NCBI RefSeq assembly: GCF_963921235.1
Contig: NC_086108.1
Coordinates: 116,934,001 to 116,998,000, forward strand
Direction: 5' to 3'
Length of the DNA: 64,000 bases
Source of the DNA: Mobula hypostoma
Taxonomy: Eukaryota
This document shows positions 1-12,479 of the stretch, in pieces. A program made the position numbers and the translations under genes. The notes beneath the pieces were generated by a model. The model was not told the origin of the DNA and searched no databases. It saw only the letters and a list, made by a program, of their open reading frames with translations. Within the stretch, counting starts at the first letter, position 1. Each line of letters begins with the position of its first letter.

Positions 1-690
1 CCTCCCAATCTGTTCCTCGGTATCTCTGTTGATACCAGGGGGCCTATAGAATACTCCCAATAGAGAAACTGCTCCCTTCCTGTTCCTGACTTCCACCCAT
101 ATTGACTCAAAAGAGGATCGTGCTACATTACCCACCCTTTCTGTAGCTGTAATAGTATCCCTGACCAGTTACGTCACCCCTCCTCCCCTTTTTCCGTCCT
201 CTCTATCCCTTTTAAAGCACTGAAATCCAGGAATATTGAGAATCCATTCCTGCCCTGGTACCAGCCAAGTCTCTGTAATGGCCACTACATCATAATTCCA
301 TGTATGTATCCAAGCTCTCAGTTCATCACCTTTGTTCCTGATGCTTCTTGCATTGAGGTACACACATTTCAGCCCTTCTACCTTACTGTCTTTACACCGT
401 TTATTCTGCTTCTCTTTCCTCAAAGCCTCTCTGTATGTTAGATCTGGCTTTACTCCATGCACCTCTTTCACTGCTCTATCGCTCCAAGTCCCATCCCCCT
501 CGCAAATTAGTTTAATCCCTCCTGAACCATGCTAGCAAACCTACCTGCAAGGATATTGCTCCCCCTCGAGTTCAGGTGCAACCCATCCAATCTGTACAGG
601 TCCCACCTTCCCCAGAAGAGATCCCAATGATCTAAAATTCTAAAACCCTGCGCCCTGCACCAACTCCTCAGCCATGCATTCAACTGCCAT
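1..690 (-). mobile_element. CR1 LINE fragment (ORF1 esterase end and ORF2 endonuclease start)
   Basis: ORF 169..471 contains LKCVYLNARSIRNK, VVAITETWL and RGGGV, the APE-endonuclease N-terminal motifs of CR1. Confidence 0.88.
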
Positions 691-1672
691 CTCCTCCAAT
701 TCTTACCATCTCCCCATTCATCTCATACCTCATCTCCTAACATCATCCCCTTTCCTCTCAAACCCCATCTACCCACCAGCTCCCCATTTCTCTCCACTCC
801 ATCTCTCCATCATTTCCCCTTTTCCTCTCAACTCCCGTCACCCCACCATCTCCCCATTCCTCTCAAGACTCTCTCTGCACCATCTCCCCATTCCTCTCAG
901 ATCCTGTCTCCCTACCATCGCCCTCGAACCTCTCGAATCCTACCTATTCTGCGTCTCTCCCATTCCTCTCAACCCACAAATCCTCACTATTTTCCCCATT
1001 CCTCTCAAACTCAGCACCCTACACTCTCCCCATCCTTTTCAGAACCTTCCAGCCATTTGCCTCTTTCCTCTCTAACCCCATGTTCACCTTTTCTCTGAAA
1101 CCCTATCTCCACCATTCCTCTCAAACCCTAACTCCTCACTATTCCCTATTCCTTTCAACCCCATCTCCCCATTCCTCTCAACACATCTTCCCACCCACCC
1201 CCATTCCTCTTAACCATCTTGCTGCCATCTCACCATTCCTCTCAAACCTAGTCTTCCTATCATTGCCCCCTTCCTCTCAAAACCCATCTACCCATTATCT
1301 GCCTTGTTGCTCCCCACTATCTACCCCTGTCCTCTCAAACCACATCTCCACCTTTCCTCTAAAACCCCATCTCTCCATCATTCCTCTCAAACTCTGTCTT
1401 CTCACTATTTCCCCCATCCATCTCAAACCCCGTCTCCCGGCATCTCCTCATTTCTCTCAACCCCAGATTCCCCACCATCTCCCCATTCCTCTCAATCCTG
1501 TCTCCCTGCCATCTTCCCATTCATTTCAACCCCATATTCCCACCATCTGCCTCATTCATCTCCAACCTCATCTCAACCCTTCTTCTGAAACCCATCTCCC
1601 AACCATCTCCCCCATTCCTCTCAAACCCAGTCCCCCAACTATCTCCTTCATTCCTCTCAACCCCAATCCCCA
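690..1672. repeat. C/T-rich degenerate satellite (~35-bp unit, CCCATCTCCCCACCATCTCCCCATTCCTCTCAAAC-like), segment 1
   Basis: Recurrent catctccccattcctctcaa motifs. The same unit resumes at 4413-6155, 12339-12474 and 13314-14220. Confidence 0.85.
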
Positions 1673-1835
1673 ACCATAGAAACCATAGAAACTACAGCAC
1701 TGAAACAGGCCTTTTGGCCCTTCTTGGCTGTGCCAATCCATTTTCTGCCTAGTCCCACTGATCTGCACACGGACCATATCCCTCCATACACCTCCCATCC
1801 ATGTAACTGTCCAATTTATTCTTAAATGTTAAAAA

Positions 1836-2344
1836 GTTAAGACTAATGCTCCAACTATGTTTTTTTGGTTTTCCCAGACGATATTATGTTTAAATTTGGA
1901 GAAAATCAGAAGTAATCTTTATGATTCTTCAGTTAAATTCGATCAGACCCGGAGATCTTTTATTCAACATTTTCATTTAATGTAATTTTTTTTTCTCTCG
2001 GTCCATATTTATATTCCCTTCTTGTTTTTTTTTAACTGTTTTTAATGGAGGTCGGGTTTGAGGACGTGATTTTAAGTACTTTAACTCTACTTGTTTCCTA
2101 GTTAGCCCATTGCTTTGCTTTGCTTTTTAGTTTAGTTGCACAGTGGTTTTTTTTTTCTTTTTCTATTGATATATATAAAAATTAGTATACTATTATATTA
2201 CCTTGTTATTTTATGTTTAAATTGAACTGTTTGTATTAATTTTTTTCTGTATTAATATTTCCTGTAATATATTCTAACAGTGTATTAGGGCCTATATGGC
2301 TTACCTTCTGTGTACTTATTCAATAAAAAGATTTAAAAAGAAAG
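1836..2344 (+). mobile_element. 5'-truncated L1-clade LINE 3' end with 12-bp TSD
   Basis: TSD aaatgttaaaaa at 1824-1835 and 2345-2356. Encodes ...APTMFFWFSQTILCLNLEKIRSNLYDSSVKFDQTRRSFIQHFHLM*, resembling the fish L1 ORF2 C-terminus. T-rich 3' UTR, AATAAA and A-rich tail. Confidence 0.8.
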
Positions 2345-2739
2345 AAATGTTAAAAAAGAACCCGCATTTACCACCTCGTCTGGCAGCTCATTCCATACTC
2401 CCACCACTCTCTGTGTGAAGAAGCCCCCCTAATGTTCCCTTTAAACTTTTCCCCTCTCACCCTTAACCCATGTCCTCTGGTTTCTTTCTCCCCCAGCCTC
2501 AGTGGAAAAAGCCTGCTTGCATTCACTCTATCTATACCCATCATAATTTTATATACCTCTATCAAATCTCCCCTCATTCTTCTACGCTCCAGGGAATAAA
2601 GTCCTAACCTATTCAACCTTTCTCTGTAACTGAGTTTCTCAAGTCCTGGCAACATCCTTGTAAACCTTCTTTGCACTCTTTCAACCTTATTTATATCCTT
2701 CCTGTAATTTGGTGACCAAAACTGAACACAATACTCCAG

Positions 2740-3244
2740 AAACACACATCAAAGTTGCTGGTGAACGCAGCAGGCCAGGCAGCATCTCTAGGAAGAGGTG
2801 CAGTCGACGTTTCAGGCCGAGACCCTTCGTCAGGACTAACTGAAGGAAGAGCTAGTAAGAGATTTGAAAGTTGGAGGGGGAGGGGGAGATCCAAAATGAT
2901 AGGAGAAGACAGGAGGGGGAGGGTTGGAGCCAAGAGCTGGACAGGTGATAGGCAAAAGGGGATACAAGAGGATCATGGGACAGGAGGTCCGGGAAGAAAG
3001 ACAGGGGGGGGGGACCCAGAGGATGGGCAAGAGGTATATTCAGAGGGACAGAGGGAGTAAAAGGAGAGTGAGAGAAAGAATGTGTGCATAAAAATAAGTA
3101 ACAGATGGGGTACGAGGGAGAGGTGGGGCCTTAGCGGAAGTTAGAGAAGTCGATGTTCATGCCATCAGGTTGGAGGCTACCCAGACGGAATATAAGGTGT
3201 TGTTCCTGTCCGTCTGGGTAGCCTCCAAACTGATGGCATGAACA
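2740..3244 (-). mobile_element. Penelope-like element, 3' part (GIY-YIG C-terminus, pseudo-LTR with hammerhead, inverted end)
   Basis: Minus strand 3205..3131 reads EQHLIFRLGSLQPDGMNIDFSNFR*, a PLE endonuclease C-terminal motif. 36-bp inverted repeat at 3154-3189 and 3209-3244. Hammerhead core at 2802-2837. Confidence 0.82.
2802..2837 (-). ncRNA. Minimal type I hammerhead ribozyme
   Basis: Minus strand AGTC-CTGACGA-AGG-GTCTCGG-CCT-GAAAC-GTC-GACT. Contains CUGANGA and GAAA cores, stem I AGTC/GACT, stem II AGG/CCT, a palindromic ACGT in place of stem III, and a GUC cleavage triplet. Confidence 0.78.
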
Positions 3245-4412
3245 ATATTGCATCTCCTCTAGTTGGTCCCTCTATATATTGATTTAGAAAACTTTCCTGA
3301 ACACATTTTACAAACTCTAAACCATCTAGACCCCTAACAGTATGGGAGTACCAATCAATGTATGGAAAATTAAAATCTCCTACCACCACAACTTTATGTT
3401 TCCTGCAGTTGCCTGCTATCTCTCTGCAGATTTGCTCTTCCAATTCTCGTTGACTATTGGATGGTCTGTAATACAATCCCACTAATGTGGGCATACCTTT
3501 CCTGTTTCTCATCTCTACCCATAAGGACTCAGCAGACAAGCCCTCTAATCTGTCCAACCTGAGCACTGCTGTAATATTTTCCCTAACAAGCAATGCTACT
3601 CCCCCACCTTTCATTCCTCTGCCTCGATCACATCTGAAACATCGGAACCCTGGAATATTAAATTGCCAGTCCTGTCCCTCCTGTAGCCAAGTTTCACTAA
3701 TTGCTATAACGTCATAATTCCACGCGTCAATCCACGCCCTCAACTCATCCGCCTTCCCCGCAATACTCCTAGCATTGAAATATATACACCTCAGAAGATT
3801 TTTACCACCACTCACAACCTTTCTATTAGCGGATTTGCTTGAACTTTTAACATCATTTATTTTCACCCCAGCCACACTGTCAGCTCTGGCACTCTGGTTC
3901 CCATCCCCCTGCAAATCTAGTCTAAAGCCTCCCCAATAGCACTAACAAACCTCCCTGAAAGGATATTGGTCCCCCTGTAGTTCAAGTGTAACCCGTCTCT
4001 CTTGTGCAGGTCCCACCTGCCCCAGAAGAGGTCCCAATGATCCCGAAATCTGAAACCCTGCTCCCTACACCAGTTCCTCAGCCACTTGTTCCTCCTCCAG
4101 AGCATCCTATTCCTACCCTCACTGGCACGTAGCACAGGTAGCAATCCTGAGATTACCACCCTTGAGGTCCTGCTTTTCAACTTTCTACCAAGCTCTCTGT
4201 ACTCACTCTCCAGGACCTCCTCACTCTTCCTTGCTATGTCATTGGTACCGATGTGCACCACAACATCTGGCTGGTCACCCTCCCACTTCAGAATGTCATG
4301 CAATCGATCAGAGACATCCTTGACCCTGGCACCTGGGAGGCAACAAACCATCCTGGATTCTCTGTCACGACCACAGAACCTCCTATCTGTAACTATCGAA
4401 TCCCCTATCAGT

Positions 4413-6155
4413 ACCATCTCTCCATTTCTCTCAACTCCATCTTTCTCAATTACTTTCAACCCCATCTTCCCACCATCTCCCCTTTACCCTCAACCACATA
4501 ATCCCATAATCTATCCAAATTGCTTACAACCCCATCTCTCTGCTATCTCTCCCATTCATACCCTATCTCCTCATCATTTGCCCCATTCCACTCAACTCCC
4601 ATCTCCCCACCATTGCCCCCTTTCCTCTCAAACCCCCTCTACCCACCATATTCCCCACTGCTCTCCAACATCTCTTTTCCTCTCAACCTCCATCTCCCCA
4701 CCATCTGCTCCATTCCTCTGAGCCACCATCGTCCCACCAACACTCCCATTTCTCTCAAACCTTGTTTCCCTACCATCTTCCTATTCTGTTCAAACCCCAT
4801 CTTCCCACCATCTGCCCAATCACCTCTAACCCATCTCCACCTTTCCTTTGAACCCCCATCTCCCCACCATTTCTACCATTCCTCTCAAACCCTGTCTCGG
4901 TTTGAACCCTGTGACCCCGCCATTTCCCCATTCCTCTCAATTGCAGTCTCCGCACCAGGTCCCCCATTCCTCTCAAACCATTTCTCCTTCATCACCCCCC
5001 AATTACTTTCAACCTCATTTGTCTACCATTCCTCCTTCCTCTCAACCCATCATCACACCATCTCCCCCCATTATTTTCAAGCCCACCGCTCCCATTCTTC
5101 ACAAACCCCATCTCCTCACATTTGCTCCCAGTCCTCAACACCCATCTCCCCACCACCTCCTTATTCTTTTCAAATCCCATCTTCCTATCATCTACCCTAT
5201 TCCTCTCTAACCCCATCTCCACCTTTCCTCTAAATTCCACCTACCAGGCACCTCTACCATTCCTCTCAAACCCTTTCTTATTATTCCCTATTTCACTCTA
5301 CCCAGTCACCCCACTGTCTCTCCCATTTCTCTCAAAACTATACCCCAACACCTCCCCCATTCTTCTTAAACCGCACTCACCATCTTCCCATTCTTTTCAA
5401 ACCGTTTTCCCACTATCTGCCCCTTTCCTCTCTAACCCCATCTCCACCTTTCCTCTGAAACCAAATCTTCCCAAGATCTCTACCATTCTTCTGAAAGTCA
5501 TTCAGTACCATCACCCCCTTTCCTCTGAGCCCCATCTCTGCATCATCTTCCCCCATCTCTCCACCCTATCATCCATTCCTCTCGAATACTGCCTCCCTAC
5601 GATCTCCCCATCTTTTTCAAACTTCTTCTGCCCACCATTTGCTACTTTCTTCTCTAACCCCATCACATTTCCTCTGAAACTGCATCTCCCCATCATCTCT
5701 ACCATTCCTCTCAAACCTTGTCTCCTCATTACATCCCCCATTCCACTCAACCCCGTCTCCCCATCAGTTCCTCATTCCTCTCAGCCTCCTTCACCCCACC
5801 ATCCCCCCCTTTCCTCTCAAAACCATCCCCAAACAAGTTCCCATTCCTCTCAACGCTATCTCCCTGCCATTACCTCATTTCTCTCAACACCAGACTCCAC
5901 ACCAACTCACCAAATTACTGACAACATAATCGCTCCAGCAACTCTCCCATTCCTCTCAAACCCTGTCTCATCACCATCTCCCCCATTCCTCCCAACCATC
6001 TCCACCATTCCTCTCAAAAACTCTCTCCCCACCATCTCACCATACTTTTCAAATGCCTTCTTCTCACCATCTGCCCATTTCCTCTCTAACCCCATCCCCT
6101 CCTTTCTTCTGAAAACCAAACTCCCCAGTATCTCCACCATTCCTCTTAACCCCCA
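4413..6155. repeat. C/T-rich degenerate satellite, segment 2
   Basis: Same motif as 690-1672. Produces the spurious Pro/Ser/Leu-rich ORFs in the track. Confidence 0.85.
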
Positions 6156-7535
6156 TTAGAAATTGGATCATTGGGATCACTTCTGGGGGAATTGTGACCT
6201 GTACAAAAGGGATGAGTAGCACCTGAACCTGAGGAGGACCAATGTTCTTACGGGTAGGTTTACTAAGGCTGTTGGGGAGGTTTAAACGAATTTGGCTGGT
6301 GGATGGGAATTGAAATGAAGGGACTCAGAATAGGATGGATGGCAAAAAAGCAAACATAGCATGTACTCAGTCTGTCAGGAAGGGCAGACAGGTAACAAGA
6401 CAAGGATATATGAGTAGAAGTAGGCCATTCAGGCCATCAAGTCTGCTCCACCATTTAATCATGGGCTGATCCAATCCTTCCAGTCATCACCACTCCCCTG
6501 CCTTCTCCCTGTACCTTTGATGCCCAGGCTAATCAAGAATCTATCTCTCTCTGCCTTAAACACTCCCAATGACTTGGCCTCCACACCTGCTCGTGACAAC
6601 AAATTCTACAGATTTACCACCCTCATACTAAAATGATTTCTGCACATCTCTGTTCTAAACGGATGTCCCTTCAGACTTGAAGGCATACTCTTTTGTCCTA
6701 GACTCCCCGACCATGAGAAATAACTTTGCTATTCTAATCTGTTCAGGCCTTTTAACTTTCGGAATGTTTCTATGAGATCCCCCCCCTCATTTGCCTAAAC
6801 TCCAGGGAATACAGCCCAAGATCTACCAGATGTACCTTTCATTCCTGGAATCATTCTCGTGAATCTTCTCTGAACTCTCTCCAATGTCAGTATATCCTTT
6901 CTAAAATAAGGAGCCCAAAACTGCACACAATGCTCCAAGTGTGGTCTCACAAGTACTTTATAGAGCCTCAACATCACATCCCTGCTCTTATATTCTATAC
7001 CTCTAGAAATGAATGCCAACATTGCATTCACTTCTTCACCACCGACTCAGCCTGGAGGTTAACCTTTAGGGTATCTTGCACAAGAATGCCCAAGTCCTTT
7101 TGCATCTCAGCATTTTGAATTCTCTCCCCATCTAAATAATAGTCTGCCCATTTACTTCTTCCACTAAAGTGTATTACCATACACTTACCAACATTGCAAT
7201 TGATTTTCCATTTCTTTGCCCATTCCCCAAAACCATCTAACTCTCTCTGCAGGCTCTCTATTTCCTCAACACTACCCGCTCCTCCACCTGTCTTTGTATC
7301 ATTGGCAAATTTAGCCACAAATCTATTAATCCCATACATCATAAAAAGCAGCGGTCCGAACAACAACCCCTGTGGAACTCTACTGGTAACTGGCAGCCAG
7401 ACAGAATAGGATCCCTTTATTCCCACTCTTTGTTTTTTGCCGATCAGCCAATGCTCCACCCATGCTAGTAACTTCCCTGTAATTCCATGGGCTCTTATCT
7501 TGCTAAGCAGCCTCATGTGTGGCACCTTGTCAAAG

Positions 7536-8198
7536 AACATAGAATAGTACAGCACATTACAGGCCATTCAGCCCACAAAGTTCTGCCGACCCTCAAACCC
7601 TGCCTCCCATATAACGCCCCCCCCCACCTTAAATTTCTCCATATACCTGTCTAGTAGTCTCTTAAACTTCAGGAGTGCATCTGCCTCCACCACTGACTCA
7701 GGCAGTGCATTCCATGCACCAACCACTCTCTGAGTAAAAAACCTTCCTCTAATATCCCCCTTGAACTTCCCACCACTTACCTTAAAGCCATGTCCTCTTG
7801 TATTGAGCAGTGGTGCCCTGGGGAAGAGGCGCTGGCTATTCTCTCTATCTATTCCTCTTATTATCTTGTACACCTCTATCATGTCTCCTCTCATCCTCCT
7901 TCTCTCCAAAGAGTAAAGCCCTAGCTCCCTTAATCTCTGATCATAATGCATACTTTCTAAACCAGGCAGCATCCTGGTAAATCTCCTCTGTACCCTTTCC
8001 AATGCTTCCACATCCTTCCTATAGTGAGGTGACCAGAACTGGACACAGTACTACTCCAAGTGTGGCCTAGCCAGAGTTTTATAGAGCTGCATCATTACAT
8101 CGCGACTCTTAAACTCTATCCCTCGACTCATGAAAGCTAACACCCCATAAGCTTTCTTAACTACCCTATCTGCCTGTGAGGCAACTTTCAGGGATCTG
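7536..8198 (-). mobile_element. Young 5'-truncated CR1 nested in an older CR1, 9-bp TSD
   Basis: ttgtcaaag duplicated at 7527-7535 and 8199-8207. Open C-terminal ORF 7568..8011. Very similar to 56687-57769. Confidence 0.88.
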
Positions 8199-9616
8199 TT
8201 GTCAAAGGCCTTCTGAAAAATCCAAGTCTATCCTGCTTGTAATTTCCTCAAAAAATCTCAGTAGGTTAGTCAGGCAGGATTTTCCTTTCAGGAAACCATG
8301 CTGGCTTTGACCTATCTTGTCATGTGTCTCCAGGTACTCCATAATCTCATCCCTAAAGATCAATTCCAACAACTTTCCAACCACTGATGTCAGGCTAACA
8401 GATCTATAGATTCCTTTCTGCTGCCTCCCACCCTTCTTAAATAGTGAAGTAACATTTGCAATTTTCCAGTCATCTGGTACAATGCCAGAATCTATCGATT
8501 CTTGAAATATCATTGTTAATGCCTCCGCAATCTCCCCAGCTACTTCCTTCAGAACACAAGGGTGCAATCCATCAGGTCCACGAGATTTATCCACCCTCAG
8601 ACAACTAAACTCCCTGAGCACCTTCTCAGTCATAATTTTCACTGCACAAACTTCACTTCCCTGACAGTCTTGATGCAGATGTCTTCCACTGTGAAGACTG
8701 ATGCAAAATACACATTCATTTGCTCTGCCATCTCTGCATCTTTCATTATAATATCTCCAGCGTCATTTTCTATTGGTCCTATCTCTACCCTCAACTCCAT
8801 TTTACCCTTTATATACTTAAGAAAGCTTTTAGTATCTTCTTTGATATTAGTCGCCAGCTTCCTTTCATTATTCATCTTTTCCTTCCTAATGACCTTCTTA
8901 ATTTCCTTCTGCAAGTTTTTAAAAGCTTCCAATCCTCTATCTTCCCACTAGCTTTGGGTTCCTTGTATGCCCTCTTTTTTGCTTTTACTTTGGCTCTGAC
9001 TTCACTTGTCAGCCACAGTAGTGTCCTTCTTCCATTTGAAAATTTCTTCTTATTTGGAATATATCTGTCTCGCACTTCCCTCATTTTCACAGAAACTCCA
9101 GCCATTGCTGCTCTGCTGTCCTTCCTGCAATGTCCCTTTCCAGACAATTTTGGCTGGTTCCCCTCTCATGCCATTGTAATTTCCTTTATTCCACCGAAAT
9201 ACCGACACATTGGAATTTAGTTTCTCCTTCTCAAATTTCGAAGTGAACTCATTCATATCGTGGTCACTGCTCCCCAAGGATTCCTTAATCTTAAGCTCTC
9301 TTATCATCTCTGGATCATTGCACAACACCCAGTCCAGCACAGCCAATTCCCTGGTGGGCCCAACAACAAGCTGTTCTAAAAAGCCATCCCTTAGACATTC
9401 TACAAATTCTCTCTCTTGAGGTCCAGTACTGGCCTGGTTTTCCCAATCCACTTTCATGTTAAAATCCCCAATGATGAGTATGACATTGCCTTTCTGACAC
9501 GCCTTTTCTATCTTCTGCTGTAATTTGTAATCCACATTCCGGCTGCTGTTTGGAGGCCTGTATACAACTGCCATTAGGGTCCTTTTACCCTTGCCATTTC
9601 TTAACATCCAATCCTA

Positions 9617-10212
9617 TGAGGGGTGATTGATAAGTTCGTGGCCTAAGGTAGAAGGAGTCAATCTTAGAAAACCTAGCACATTTATTTTTCAACATAGTCC
9701 CCTCCTACATTTGCACACTTAGTCCAGCGATTGTGCAGCATACGGATTTTGGACCTCCAGAAAGTGTCCACAGATTGGTGATTGATAAGTTTGTGGCCTA
9801 AGGTAGAAGGAGATGAGTTATACAGCTCTCTTTGCATGCACATGCGAGTCAACTCTTTGAGTGGTTATGCAGAAAATTTGAAGTTAATAACTCATCTCCT
9901 TCTACCTTAAGCCAGAACGTATCAATCACCACTGTGAGTTATTATATTCAAACTTTCTGCATAATCACTCAAATGTTGACCTGCATGCGCATGTAACAAG
10001 AGCTGTATAACTCACCTCCTTCTACCTTAGGCCATGAACTTATCAATCACCCCTGCTGTGGACACTTTCTGGAGGTCCAAGATCCGTATGCTCCATGACC
10101 GCTGGACTAAGTGTGTAAATGTAGGAGGGGACTATGTTGAAAAATAAATGTGCTAGGTTTTCTAAAATTGACTCCTTCTACCTTTGGCCATGAACTTACC
10201 AATCACCCCTCA
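9617..10212. mobile_element. Mariner-derived palindromic MITE, copy 1
   Basis: TA|TGAGGGGTGATTG...CAATCACCCCTCA|TA. TA duplicated at 9615-16 and 10213-14 within a contiguous CR1. Long inverted arms with internal copies of the terminal motif. Confidence 0.87.
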
Positions 10213-10865
10213 TATGTCATATCTTTCTAATGATTTAATATAATTTCTTACACACAGGGCCACACCGCCCCCTCTGCCTACTAACCCACCTTTCCGATAC
10301 ACCGTATATCCTTGGACGTTCTGCTCCTAAGTTTCAGAGATGGCCACAACTTCATGCTTGCTAATCTGTAGCTGAATTTCAAGATTGTCCATTTTATTTC
10401 TTATGCTGCATGCATTCAATACAACACTTTCAGTCCAGTATTTATTGCTTTCTGTTCTAACTGCAGCTCGTCTCTATTGTCCTGTAACTCATCCCTCTGG
10501 CTGTGATTATGCCTCATCTCCTGCCTGTCCTTTCTATCATCCCTGTTGCACACCATCTGATTTATTTCTGTTTCCCCCTTCCTCAGCCCTATCAGTCTGG
10601 TTCCCATCGCCCCTGCCAAATTAGTTTAAACTCTCCCTAACAGCTCTATTAAATGTGCCTGCTAGGATATTGGACCCCTTTGGGTTCAGGTGTAACCTGT
10701 CTTTTTGTACAGGTCGTACCTCCCCCGGAAGAGGCCCTGGTGATCCAGGAACCTGAAGCCCTGCCCCCTACACCAGTCTCTCAGCCACACATTAATATGT
10801 CATACCATACTATTCTTGCACTCGTTAGCATGTGACACAGACAGCAATCCTGAGCTTACTTCCAT

Positions 10866-12338
10866 GAGTATCAGTGCATTAGGGGTGCAAAATCAAAAAG
10901 GCTAGCAAGTACAGACCTCAAAGCGTTATATCTCAATACCGGAATGTAACAAAATAAGGGTAGATGATCTTGTTGCACTATTACAGACTATCAGGTATGA
11001 TGTTGTGGCCATCACTGAATCGTGGCTGAAGGATAGTTGTAGTTGGGAGATAAATGTCCACGGTTACATGTATCGAAGGGATAGGAATGTAGGCGTAGCT
11101 CTGCTGGTAAAGAATAGCATCAAATCAGTAGAAGGGATTTGCTATAGGATCGGAAAATGTTGAATCCTTGTGGATCGAGTTTAGAACTACAAGGGTGGAA
11201 GGACCCTGATGGCAGTTATATACAGGCCTCCCAACAGTGGCTGAGATGTGGACCACAGATTATAAAGGGAAATAGAAAGGTGTGTCAAAAGGGCAATGTT
11301 ATGGTAGTCATGGGAGATTTTAACATGCAGGTCAACTGGGAAAATCAGGTTGGTAATGGATCTCAAGAGAGTGAGTTTGTTGAATGCCTATGAGATGGCT
11401 TTTCAGAGGAGCCTACTAGGGAATCAGCTATACCAGACTGGGTGTTATGTAATGAACTGGGGGCGATTAGAAAGCTTCAGGTAAAAGAACTCTTAGGAGG
11501 CAGTGATCATAATATGATTGAGTTCAACTTGAAATTCGATAGGGAGAAAGTACAGTCTGGCACAGCAGTATTTCAGTGGGGTAAATGAAATTACAGTGGT
11601 ATGAGAGGGGAGCTAGCCAAAGTAAATTGGAAGCAGCAGCTAGCAGGGGTGACAGCAGAGAAGCAATGTCATAAGTTTCTTGGACAAATGATGAAAGTGC
11701 AGGGCAGACTTATTCCAAAAACAAAGAAATATTGAAATGGCAAAATAGTACAACTGTGGCTGACAAGGGAAGTCAAAAAAATACAAAAACAAAAGAGAGG
11801 GCATGCAACAAAGCAAAAATTAGCAGTAAGGTAGAGGATTGGGAAGCTTTTAAAATCCTACAGAGAGCGACTAAAAGAATCATTAGAAGAGAAAAGATGA
11901 AATATGAAAGCAAGATAGCAAACAATATCAAAATGGATAATAAAAGCTATTTCAAATATATAAAAAAAAAGAGAGATGAAAGTTGATATAGGACCACTGG
12001 AAAATCAGGCCAGAGAAATAATGGGGGACAAGGAGATGGCAGATGAACTAAATGTGTATTTTGCATTAGTCCTCACTGTGGAAGACACTAGCAGTGTGCC
12101 AGATATTGCAGTGTGTGAAGGAAGAGAAATGAGTGCAGTTACCATTACAAGGGAGAAAGTGTTCAGAAAAACTAAAAGACCTAAGTGTATATAGGTCACC
12201 CAGACCAGTTGAACTTCAGTTTAAGGTTCTGAAGGAGGTAATGGTAGAGAATGTGGATTAGTAATGATCTTTCAAAAATCACTAGATTCTGGCATGGTGA
12301 CAGAGGACTGGAAAATTGCAAATGTTACTTCACTACTT
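10866..12338 (+). mobile_element. Degraded CR1 ORF2 (endonuclease to pre-RT)
   Basis: GDFNMQV, SQESEFVECL, YFKYIK and DWKIANVT fragments with stops and frameshifts. Confidence 0.85.
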
Positions 12339-12479
12339 AATCTCCACCATTCCTCTCAAACCATCTCCTCACTATTTCCCCCACCCCTTTCAACTTCCTT
12401 CTCCCCACCATCTCCTTCATTCATCTCAAAATCATTCCCCTCCATCTCCCCATTCCTCTCAAAACCATATCTGTAGTTA

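Larger units (their letters stand above)
1673..4412 (-). mobile_element. CR1 LINE with ORF1 SGNH esterase, ORF2 endonuclease and 3' end; internally deleted; hosts an L1 and a Penelope insertion
   Basis: ORF 3917..4465 has GDSIV, CCLPGARV, HIGTND and DGLHLN. ORF 3177..3914 has YFNARSI, ISETWL and GDFN. ORF 2368..2745 has LERRRMRGDLIEVYK and TRGH. Short tandem 3' tail (ccatagaaa repeats) at about 1674-1692. Confidence 0.9.
6405..10865 (-). mobile_element. Degraded near-full-length CR1 LINE, interrupted by a younger CR1 (7536-8198) and a MITE (9617-10212)
   Basis: Collinear ORF2 fragments: VYRPPN/GDFN/SSDH (9050..9607), QHGF...SCLTNL (8202..8642), FDKVPH...VPQG...FAND (7028..7567), RPHLEHCVQFW (6795..7031). 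Confidence 0.88.

Noticed and set aside
3917..4465. Host SGNH/GDSL esterase gene
   Set aside because: It is the esterase domain of CR1 ORF1, directly upstream of the ORF2 endonuclease, and recurs in other CR1 copies here.
674..6159. Pro/Ser/Leu-rich plus-strand ORFs (133-345 aa)
   Set aside because: Translations of the C/T-rich satellite, open in multiple frames, with no domain.
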